Assembly (NCBI GenBank): GCA_010015585.1
Contig: ML975150.1
DNA: 64,000 bases
Origin: Eremomyces bilateralis CBS 781.70
Lineage: Eukaryota
Strand: one strand, 5' to 3'
A model generated the notes under the pieces. The model did no database searches and was not told where the DNA came from. It saw only the letters and a list, made by a program, of their open reading frames with translations. A program made the position numbers and the translations under genes. Positions 49,249-60,321 of the stretch are shown piece after piece. Position 1 is the stretch's first letter. Each line of letters begins with the position of its first letter.

Positions 49249-50859
49249 GGCTGCAGAACGATAGATCTTGTCATAGAAGGATGTCTCTGCTTACGCAGGA
49301 CCGCGGAATGGGCGTCCATTGCCATCGTAAGCTTTATAACGGATTGGCTTTCTCCACGGTAAGCTCTTGCACGTCGTTGCGGACATTAGAATTGGACTTA
49401 GTAAATGAATAACGCGGGGAAATAGGCAGATTAGAGACGGAACAATTGGATTTGATAGAATATATTGCAAAGGATGCAATTAGACTGGTCGGCTATCCTC
49501 ATCCCAGACCTCGAAGTGGTTCACGCTTGGAACCATCTCCGCGTGACCAAAGGAATAACATAGATCGCATTGCCACATTCGGTGCGGACCAAGGCATATA
49601 TGTCGATCAACTAGGGTAATTTGCTCTTGCCTGGGCTGCCGGTAGATAGCTGATGTCCGAACATCGGATATCGTGGGAGAACAGTATCAAATGACTGGCA
49701 TTGGCGAGGATGGAGGAAGCCTATCAGCGGGAAGCCCATCAACGTTCGAGATCGGACTGAAACACTCCACAGAAATCAAAGTTGAGAATGAAACGGTTCG
49801 AACCATCTGTCCATCCCGCCATCAGCCACCTGTACTACTCAGGTTGTGAGTTATTTGAGTAGGACGTGAAAAAGAAGAAACGTTCCTCGATGATGAACGA
49901 CGGAAGGGGTTGAGATGCCAAGGCTGTGTCACGATCGGACGATCCAGAATGACTAAACCAGGTTCGTGTCGAAAATCTCTCAACAATCCATCCCCCTTTT
50001 CTCCCTCAGAGTATGTCATGGCCCATAACCTTCTCATCGCTGTGATACAACCGTCAACTGTTTCAGTGTTTCATGCTGCGCCCGTTGGCCTGAGGCTCTG
50101 CAGCCTTTGACAGGAACTCCACCTGTGCGCCATTTCCCGGTTCGCGGATGTCGGTCCTGTACAAGCGGCTGCAACGCCCGCCGACCGATGTGCGTATCCC
50201 CAGGAAATGCCTATGCAACAAGCAAGATGTATCCACCGATACAGCTCGTTTGCGACGTGTTTAAATCTTCTCTGCTAACCTAGATGGATCGCAACATTTC
50301 TGCCCGGTCAACTGCTTTAGGCTGCCACTCCGGATCTCATCCCCAGGTGGAGCGCGAAATGCATGAAATAACGGATTCCGATGCCAGGAGATGGGGCTAC
50401 AAGCCTTGGAGGACGATAGGGAAGGTTGGTTGAGTAACGTTGAAAGTGGATGACCTACAAACACACGTCTCTTTGAAAGATCCCATCTATGGAGTTCCTT
50501 CCATCCACTGCGGATGCTCCATTTGTTTGTATTTGATAGATTCAAATTCTCATGGGTACCCTCATTTCCAGTTCTTCATATACTGCTCCTTTTTATCTTA
50601 AATGTATCTTCTCCGTTGTCATTCATCATTCGTTTTGTCTTTCGCTGAGCAGTGGCAAGCTATGATTTCATGAATGCACTTTTGCGAGTCATTCATTTCA
50701 AATCGGATTCTAGCCCTCTCCTCGATTTCTGAATCTTTGCCTTCGATTGTCAGCTGGTACTGCTTTTGCCTTTGCTGCCTTCTGCCGTATCAAAAGTTCT
50801 ACGGACCGTCTCCGTTCCGAGCCCCAGCTTGTAACCCTATCAACATATCAATCGGCCTC

Positions 50860-52619
50860 ATGTCTCGCGCCAAGGTCTCGATCTGGCATTTTTCAAGTCT
50901 TGACAGCATTCTTGCTCTAAAGAATCAGTCGGAAACAACTTTGAGAGGGAAACCAGAGTTTGTGTCTGGCTCTATACGACCGAGCGATGATCTTGAGAAA
51001 TGGGTCGAACTCCGAGACGGTAGTATCGGAGCACACGAGAACGAATACGGTTGTTTCAATTCCCGATGGGCTGAATATGCCTTTTGCTTTTCTCTAGCAG
51101 CGTCCCAGTTCCTTGCGGTATGTTTGTGGACCATAATAGCAGAGTCCTCACTAACGAATTTCTGAAGGAGTATCTCATTTCTGGTTTTGGAATCATCCTG
51201 CCCAATCTACCTGCATCATGGAGTCATGGAGACTCCAGAACTTCTAATCTCTGGCCTTCTTCCATCCTATCGCTGGTGTTATGCTCCATGACTCTTCCAC
51301 TTTCGCGGGCAACGGATATGTACGGCGGTTATCCACTCTTCATGCTTGGAACCGCGTGGCTATCCATCTGGACCCTAGCCGGAGGTTTTTGCCAATCCCA
51401 AGAAATGCTCAACGTTGCACGGGCTATGCAAGGCCTTGCGATTGCCGCGTTCCAGCCAGCCGCCTTTTCTTTGCTTGCCCGAGCCTTCCGACCAGGGAGA
51501 AAACGCAATGTGGTTTTTGGAGTGTATGGCGCATGCGCACCACTAGGCTTCTTTGGCGGGATCTTGACCTCTGGGATTTGTCTTCAATTTGGTCGATGGG
51601 AGTGGTATTTTTGGGTAGGGTCCGTTTTGGCGCTATTGTCCGCGATCAGTGCCTACTTCGCGGTCCCAGAAACAAAGATCAAGCCTCCGGCAGGTTCAAA
51701 GGATCTGAAAATGGATTGGATAGGCGCATGCGCTATTGCTTCGGGACTGATAATGCTCTCCTACGGCCTGGCTGCGAGCGCCGCTTCTGAAGTACCATGG
51801 AAAGATCCAGCAGTTCTTGGTCCTCTCTGCGCTGGAGCCCTTTGCCTTGTGGTTTCCCTATACGTCGAGCTAAACGTTGTTGACTCACCGCTTCTACCGA
51901 CCGACTTCTTCGCCCCTAAAAACGTCAAGGCCATGCTGGTCGCATGCTTGATGTTTTATGGGAGTTTCGGCTCGTATCTATTCTACTCCATGTCTTAGTA
52001 AGGCATTCCACCACCCTTGGTTTTCAACCAGCTGACTTTAGAAGCATAAACGATGAACTGCAAGTCAAACCGATAACGATGGCGGTGTGGTACAGGTAAG
52101 ATGCCCAACGCGAGTGCTTGGCCCACAGAACTAACATGTCTCAGCCCGATGGCAATTGGGGGCTTCATCATATCCATCGTAGGCGGGTTGTTGTGCGATG
52201 TTGTCCCCGCCTTCTATCTACTCCTAGTATCAGGGTTGGCGTGGATTGGCGCACCATTGCTCCTTGCGATCGGATCGAATGTGACAACATCATATTGGCC
52301 ATTCATATTTCCATCTACCATCTGTTCAACGCTTGGAATCGACCTGACCTTCACCGTCAGCGCAATATTCCTTGCTTCAGTCCAGCCAGACAAATTCCAG
52401 GGCCTTGCTGGAGCAGTCTCGTCTGTGACGGTTAACCTGGGCATCGCCGTTGCTGTATCGCTGTCGGACATTGCTCGGAGAATAGGAACCGAGAAATTTT
52501 ATACCAGTGTCGCTTCCTACCAGGTCGTCTTTTGGTTTGCCACTCTTCTGGCAGGTATTGGATTCGCAATCACTCTGCTCTTTGTCCGCATAAAACGGTT
52601 GGGCAAAGATCAAATCTAG
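50860..52619 (+). CDS. MFS drug:H+ antiporter (DHA2/Atr1-like); start uncertain
   Basis: Many TM segments, DMYGG, ARAMQGLA, PGRKRN.VFG.YGACAPLGFFGG, WEWYFW, MDWIG, QGLAGAV; at least three introns. Confidence 0.88.
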
Positions 52620-52824
52620 CGTCCGAGGACGCTCAAAAGTTCTTGCTGCTCTTTGGAGGATATCTATCTCACTTTGTATGTTGTTTGAAACGATTTCCTA
52701 CAGTTCGATGAGCGATGACTGCATTTTTGGATGAGAGCATCTGGTTCAGGCTCTACATAGTGGCATTTAGGATACCCGGTCTAGCTAAGCCTCGCTCGAC
52801 AAACTGTACTTAAACAATAATACA

Positions 52825-54030
52825 TCAGAGAGCTCGTGGCCATCCGCCAGAGAAGTCCAACTTGTTCCAGCCGAACAACTTGTCGCCATCTGCGTATCCA
52901 CGTTTCTTGTTGACTAAAACAAAACTCAGCATTGCAATACGTCTGAGAACTGTGGAGTGTTGACTCACTATAGTGGTAATAAAGGACTGGACCTTGTTGG
53001 GGGTCGTTGTAGACTCCCTGGCCTCCAGGAGCGTAGATGTCTCCGTGGGAGGGATAAACAACGGTGCCGCCACCTTGCACGCATGATTTGCCGCTTTTAT
53101 CGACCTAGATATAATTAGTATCCTGAACTATAAACGTGGCTTATGATAAAGACGAACATATGGACCTGTAGGCGAGCTCGATCTGCAAACCAGGATGCGG
53201 TATTCTTGGCCTGACGGTGGTCGGTTCTTATCCAGACCGCAGCATTTTCCGGCCGAGAAGAACGCGTAATACTGATTATTGAATGGGAACACGAAAACGC
53301 CTTCGATGGCATGCTCACCCGCCGGCTGGAAAACGATCTGGCGCGATGCCGATCCGTCGGTCTTAACCGGAGGATCCTGCATCCCGACCTGGAAAATGTC
53401 CCCCCAGAATGACCTGATCGCCTGATTAATATATATTCTGAATTCGGGATCGACGCAGGGAATTCGCCGAACACACGTACCCGAAGTTCATGTACCACTT
53501 GTTTCCGCCGCGGAACAGGTTGGCATCGATGGCATTGTAGTCCTTGCCAGCCTTAGACGAGACTCCGATGGCGCCTCGATCCTGCCAGCTGCCGACATCC
53601 ATCGTCTTGGACGTGGCGAGACCGAGCGCCGAGTTCTGAGATCCAAACTGGCTTACTGCATAGTAAAGATAATAGGTGTCCCCGATCTTAGTCACATCGG
53701 GAGCCTAAATTCATCAAACGTCAACTTAGCGATCTTCATGCATCGTCGTCAGATACACACCCAGAGGTCCGTATTGCCAGCTTGGTTGATCTTCGACCGG
53801 TCTTTGACAACAGAGCCTTTATACACCCACGGGCCCGTCAACGCTGGTGCGGTATGGATCGCCACCTTTCCATTTGTCGAGAAGCGGAAGTACATTCCGT
53901 CATCACGCCGAATGATGGCTGGATCGTGGGAATTTCCGCACACTCCGGTGCACGCTCCTGGGTTTGGATACTGGCACTGTCCCACGGCAGCAAAGGTCAC
54001 CGCCGACAGAATGAACTGAGAGATTCGCAT
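52825..54030 (-). CDS. abnA: Secreted GH43 endo-1,5-alpha-L-arabinanase
   Basis: [69 protein letters not shown]. Confidence 0.92.
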
Positions 54031-55054
54031 CGTGTACGATCGTTCACTTAGGCCTCATTAAAGAATGATCGAGGTGAAAGGAAAGGATCATCGGCAGTAG
54101 CAACGAACAGGTGCGACTATGCCTATCTATAGAATACGTCTATAAGACCTCCATGTTCCGACGGCTCCGCTGCCATGTTTCAATCCTGTAGTCATAAAGC
54201 GAAATTATCTCATAGTGCAAGCCAAGGTGCCTTAGTGACAGGCGGTGATGGTCTTCTGACCAGGAATTGCCAGCAAGCAACCAGCGCATCGCACCAGAAC
54301 CAGGATCAGAAATGCAAAATGCATAATGAATAGTGCGGAGCACCACGTTTTTGTCCGTTGTAGCAAAATAGAGGAACGGAGTAGCGGCGAAGGCCTGGAA
54401 GGAAATGAGATGGATGTAGTAGATTAGGTGCAAATATAAATGAAACGTGGTGCTGATTGGTGGCCTTTTCGCACACGACAGGCGTTTTATAGTCCCCAGC
54501 ATTATCGCAGGCGATAATAATATATTCCGGCTTCTTGTCCATTTCCACAATTGGCGGAGCGGACTGAAAACAGAAAGCATAATAACCCGTCTGGACAAGA
54601 AGTATGTATCGAAGCTGTATAAAACACCCGCTCTGGACCAAAGTCTAAGTACGCAAAAAGATCCCAGAGCGCTTTCGTGAGAAAAATTACTCCGGTTCGA
54701 ATCAAGACGAGCAACTAGTTTGCAATGACACGAGAGTAAATGTCCCAGTTCATATCGCCCAGGACAATCGCCCCGGATTAGGAAGTCTTTTATCGAATAC
54801 GTAGCTCCCTACACCTCTTTCTGCAGAAACCGATGCTCAAGGGCCTCGAAGTGCGTCTCTAGCTGTTAATAACGAGAATTAAAATCCTTAGTGACGATCA
54901 TCAAAGTAAGTAAGGGAATTCTGTAGAGTAAATAGGTAAAAACATGTCGACTTCGTACGAGGAGCTCCTGTGTGATTGATGCTCCAGGGCTACGCCTCAA
55001 CGCGATCTATGAGATGAATAGTTTGTGCTTTAATGATTGCTCTACCTTCTATCG

Positions 55055-56500
55055 CTACGTCTGTGACACGATCTGGGAACCCAAATTTGGCATATTGACT
55101 CCTCCTTGCATACAGGCGCTTCCTGTGCCAAGGCCGAGGAAGGCCATCATGGCGGACAGTTGATTAGGAATGAGATATACCGGGAGGCCAGGGCATCCAA
55201 ACCCAGTAGGGATGTTGCCTTGTATCTCCACCGGCATCCGTACCGGAGTTGTAGTGTCAGGTGTAATGCTCAGTCCTTGGTCAAGCCCGAGATATAAGAA
55301 AGAGATGGCCATTTGCTATCGATAATTAGCGATGGTAAGGCGGGCATGTATTGTTTGGACGGAATTTTCTTACCGGCTCGAGCGCATGCTCTCCATGACC
55401 GGCCATCTGCGCATATTTCGTAGAATTATAAAGTCCCTCCACGACAAGCTTGTCGCCCTTCTCAAGTCGTCCGATATTAGTGCAAACAGCAGTGTTCGAA
55501 ATATGCTTCATGCTCGTGCTCGCGCCACCATGAGCATGACCAGAATCATTCAATTGATGCACATTGTCGACGCTTGGCATCTCACCCGCCCCTGGGGCGA
55601 CAAAAGCTGGTTCAAGGCCATAATACTGAACGGAATTGCAAGCCACTTTGCCGTTTTTGAGCATGTTGACATCGGTGGCACCGTCGTGACCATGGCCAAT
55701 AACCCAAAGAATCTCACCGCTGTAGGGAGAGACCCATTCTGCGGAATGGTACTCATACACCCCCTCTTTGGCAGGGAGTTCAGAATCGCCGCACTCTGTC
55801 GCATCCATTTCGATGATGGTCGCTGCCTTGTACCCTGCTGTCGAGGCGGGTACGTACTCATAAAGCATGGTCAAGTACAGTGATTTTGGCTCGGCGGCTT
55901 CATTCATGAGCTCGGTCAGGAGACCGAAGGTGTCTGTCCTGTGTCACAATCAGCATAGTAATGGCGGGAAATGCCATCGATATAGCGCACCCAAGTACGG
56001 GAAGACCCCAGTTGCCATTTGCATTCAGTCGGGCCAAAGTACGCTCATTCCCACTTGAGAAGATCCTCTGTGGCCACAGCTTGAGCGCGGACTTTCTGGC
56101 ACATATGGCGTCTTTCTGACCGGTATTGTAAAGCACCCTGGAGATTGGTTAGTCGATCGAGCAACTGATATCTTTCCATGACAACCTACATGTGATGTAA
56201 CCACGCGCCAGTGTCAATGTTCGCTTCCGTTCCATCGGCATACTCTAAGCCTGCCTGCATCGCCGTGATATAGCAGTCGGTGCAGGGCAATGCTACCTTA
56301 GGTGTCATGGCATTGTTTACCATCCCATTTGCGGGTACTGTATAAGGACCATGCTTGATCTTCACAATTTTGGCCGCAGGATCGGATAGCGGAGACTTGA
56401 GCGTCATGCGGCTCACGGCGCCGGGTGGTAAGTCCGCTGCTTTGACGCCATGTGATAACAGCTGGATGGCAACCAGTGCAATGATTGAGGGCGCAATCAT
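55055..56500 (-). CDS. Secreted protein with PHM/DBH-like (SURNod19-like) His/Met motifs (4 exons)
   Basis: Signal peptide, KIKHGPYTVP, PCTDCYITAMQAGLEYADG, WLHHM, GNERT, ELMN, IGHGHDG, HIS, MAI; introns join in frame. Confidence 0.8.
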
Positions 56501-57088
56501 TTCGACTTAGTAGCTAGAACTCAGATGCAATAATGAATGTACAATCAAGTGAAAGGAAATGACAGCATGATAAGGATGGAACGCTTGAGGAATGCAACTG
56601 AAAAGCCCGACAGGAAACGCATTATGCGAAATGATCGAAGGTACAAAGAGACTAAAGCATCGGCAACTGAAGCCGTATATACCTGTAAACCCCCTTGCGC
56701 TCTGCAATAAGCATAAATAAAAACGTTAATGTTATTCGGTAGACAGGGCCAGAGCAGGCAGCCGGCAAATGGCAGAGTCGATCGTTTAGAAGAGGACTGG
56801 CACATGCCTCTAATACTGCTTAAACAATGCCTACGGCTGCTCAATCTACATAGATTGGAGCAAGCGGTGAAGAGTGGTGTAGATTCAGACAGATCCATAT
56901 GAGGTCGGAGAGATATTGAACAAAGTCAGGGGAAAATGGAGTTGGTGCCCTAAGCCCTAACAATGCTCATGATTGGCTAGGCAACACCACAGATCTGAGC
57001 AAACACGTTATGTATGGATCACGTGCAAGTTTTTCACTCTATAGCTTACGTAATTATATCCTACAATCCTAACTACATCTTGTAATTA

Positions 57089-57129
57089 TCCTGAATTCCT
57101 GAATCCTGAATCCTGAATTCCTGATCCTG
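57089..57129. repeat. Imperfect (TCCTGAA[T]) tandem repeat, about 5 units
   Basis: tcctgaattcctgaatcctgaatcctgaattcctgatcctg read directly. Confidence 0.85.
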
Positions 57130-57511
57130 CCTTGTGGCTTACCATACCCAAATTGACCCCTTCACCAGCCTCCTCCCCCTTAACCCTGATCGGATACTAT
57201 CGCAATGGCGGTTTGACCTTTGCCAATTTCATCTGCAGCCATTCCACCGAAAGTTACCTTAGTACTTTGGTTATCTGAGCGATTAGGCAAAATGTGATGC
57301 CTAGGCTTTAAAAGATGAGCATTATGTGCAACTATTGTACCACCAGTAGGGATGATGGCGGGGTTGGCCTTCGGCCGATGGCAGCCGAATGAGATAAGTG
57401 CCTTGCATGGAGACATCGCAACGCTCCAATCTCTCAACTGTAATGTTCCTTTCACCAGGGCAGAAGTAGAATTGAGTTGAGGACTTCAAGTTCCTCAGTG
57501 CTGCCAATATC

Positions 57512-59460
57512 ATGGTCCGTCCATTTGACTATTTCGATCATCGTCGCGACTGGTGAGGCTTTACCTTTATCCCCCTTCGACGGAGCATCCATGTAGTACG
57601 GAGATAAGTATCGTGAGTGCTAACCGAGACTCTTGCAGCAAGTACAAGCAAGATGAACGCGCCCGTCGCATCGCTTCCCTCCCTAAAGAATACACTGGCC
57701 CTATAACGCCAACCGAACGCGGCATCCTCGCCTACCCCATCTCCGAGCTCGTCAATCACGTCCACAATGGCGTCGTCCAGCCCGTCGACATCCTCCGCGC
57801 CTACGGCAAATCTGCGATCGCAGCCCACAAGAAAACCAACTGCCTAACCGAGATCCTCTTCCCCTCGGCCGAGAACCACGCCCACGTCTCCGCCGACGCC
57901 AAAGGCCCGCTCGCCGGCGTGCCCGTATCGCTCAAAGACTCCGTCAACGTCGCCGGCTTCGACACCAGCGTCGGATACTCCGGCTATACCCGCCAACCCC
58001 TCGCGGACGATGGCCCTATGGTTCGCCTCCTCCGCGACGCCGGCGCCGTGCCGTTCGTCAAGACAAACCTCCCAACCACCCTCCTCTCCTTCGAGTCCTC
58101 CAACGACGTCTGGGGCCGGACGCGCAACCCGCACAATCCGGCGTACAGCCCCGGCGGGTCCACGGGCGGCGAGTCGGCGCTACTGGCGGCAGGGGGTTCC
58201 CGGATCGGGATCGGCTCGGATGTAGCGGGTAGCGTGCGCATCCCGGCGCATTGGTCAGGGTGCTATTCGCTGCGATGTAGTACAGGGCGGTGGCCGAAGA
58301 TGGGGAATCGGACGAGTATGCCGGGGCAGGAGGGGGTTCCGAGTGTGTTTAGTCCGATGACGAGGACATTGGGGGATCTGAGGTACTTCACGAAGGCGGT
58401 GGTGGGGATGAAGCCGTGGACATATGATCATAGCGCGCATCCGATTGAGTGGAGAGAGGATGTGGTGGAGGAGTTTGCGGCGAAGAAGTTGAGGATTGGA
58501 GTGATGAGGTCGGATGGTAAGTCTCGTTGCCTCGCCTATCGGCGCCTTAAGCATCAAATTGCCTACGCGCGAAACTAATATGTTAATCCAGGCGTCGTTG
58601 ATCCTTCTCCCGCATGTGCCCGCGCCCTCTCCATCGCCGCAACTGCCCTCTCCGATGCAGGTCACTCCGTCATCGACATCCCTCCGCCTCCGTCCCCCAT
58701 ATCCCCTTACGATGGCCTCGTCCTCGCCTCCCAGCTCCTTAACTCCGACGGCTGTGCCACTTTCCTCTCCTTCCTCCGAACCGGCGAGTCATCTGACCCC
58801 GGCGCCATACAGCTCTCGTTCTGGGCGAACTTGGCGCGCCCGCTCAAATGGCTGTATTACGCCTACGTTAAGTACGTCAAGAGGGACGCCGTCTGGGCAG
58901 AGCTGCTGAAGGGCTTTGGACCGGTATCTGCTACGGAGCAGTGGAAATTGGTGATCAGCAGGGAGTCTTTCCGGCTGGCATGGCATGAGTGGTGGGAGGG
59001 CGGAAATGGGCTGGGTGGCATGGAGAAGAAGGTGGATGTGATTTTGACAGCGCCGAACGCGACGCCCGCGCTACCGCATGGCGCGATGAAGGATGCAGTG
59101 AGCGCGTGTGGGTATACATTTTTGTTCAATATGGTAGGGCACCTCTTCCTGGAATGATCTCTGTTGCCGATGCAGGACTGACATGGCTCGCAGCTGGATT
59201 ATTCATGTGGCATCCTCCCTGTCACCCACGTCGATGCGGAACTTGATGCCCTCCCGGTGGACTTCAAGCTGAGGAAGCTGAATGGTGTCGCGCGCGGTGC
59301 GTACAAGCATTACGATGCAAAGAAGATGGGGGGACTGCCGGTCGCGGTGCAGGTGGTTGGGCAGAGGTTGGAGGAAGAGAAGGTGTTGACTGTGATGCAA
59401 CGGCTGGAAGATGCATTGGAGTCGAGAGGGGAGAAGTATCTGCTTCTGGAAATTGACTAG
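57512..59460 (+). CDS. Amidase-signature enzyme (acetamidase/FAAH-like; 4 exons)
   Basis: GPLAGVPVSLKD (Lys), PGGSTGGE, GIGSDVAGSVRIPA (Ser nucleophile), GLPVAVQVVGQRLEEEKVL. Confidence 0.93.
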
Positions 59461-59760
59461 ATGCAGTTGAATGGTAAGATAGGGGCTTGCATGGATCAAG
59501 ATAGTGCATATTTGGTGAGTACGGCCACGGGATGATGGTGTACAGGGATTTCAGCATTCTAAGCCAGTCGTCATGCGTATCAGAGCATTCCATTAATTCT
59601 TCAACTAGCACTTTGAAGCTTATGCTATCGTATCTATAACCACGGCATCGGAGTCATTCCACTCGTCATCCATTCGTGAACTTCTCATGAAATTGTCTAT
59701 CGCACCCGGATATCGTATCGAATGAATACCTGATATCAGGTACCATTACCTATTAGATCC

Positions 59761-60321
59761 CTACGGCGCCGGCGGCATGACCTCGAAGGTGTGCGCCACC
59801 TCCTTTTGCCACTCATACCGGTCCTTGCCGTACACCTCCACGGCCACTGGGAACGACTTGCTGTCGTCGAGCGTCGCGGTACGGAGGACTATGAGCTCGG
59901 CCGGTAGAGCTTCCTGGACGTGGTAGATGTGGGTGCCACACGCGCTGCAGAAGAGGCAGTCGACGCCCTTGCCTGAGTTGGAGTGGTTAGTTCTGACCGC
60001 TGGCGGTAGCGATGGGTGATATGGAGTCAAAAATCTTCCATATAGTTATTCGGTACTTACCAGAGTCTCCCTTGTAGGTGTAGGTCTTCAAATCGCCCTT
60101 GGTGACCTTGAATACCGACTTGGGGATGATCTGGTTCAAGCTAAAAGCGCCAGTGCTCAGGACTTTGCAGGTATTGCAATGGCTAAAGAGCAGTTCAGTA
60201 TCGGTTCAACATGAATGAATTTAGGCATGTGACTATACCAGAGGACGTGATTCTTCTTGTCATCTGGTAGTTCGGCCTCGTAGGCGACCGCACCACAGTG
60301 GCATTTTCCAGTCATAGCCAT
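59761..60321 (-). CDS. GFA/CENP-V (Mss4-like) zinc protein (3 exons)
   Basis: MTGKCHCGAV, LC|HCNTCK, GDSG|K, FCSACGT. Confidence 0.9.

Noticed and set aside
38469..52619. Secondary-metabolite cluster (TF + hydrolase + dehydrogenase + MFS)
   Set aside because: No PKS, NRPS or terpene backbone gene; atrR and the hydrolase look like conserved core genes.
54690..54705. GGTTCGAATC T-loop-like motif
   Set aside because: No cloverleaf, acceptor stem or A box around it.
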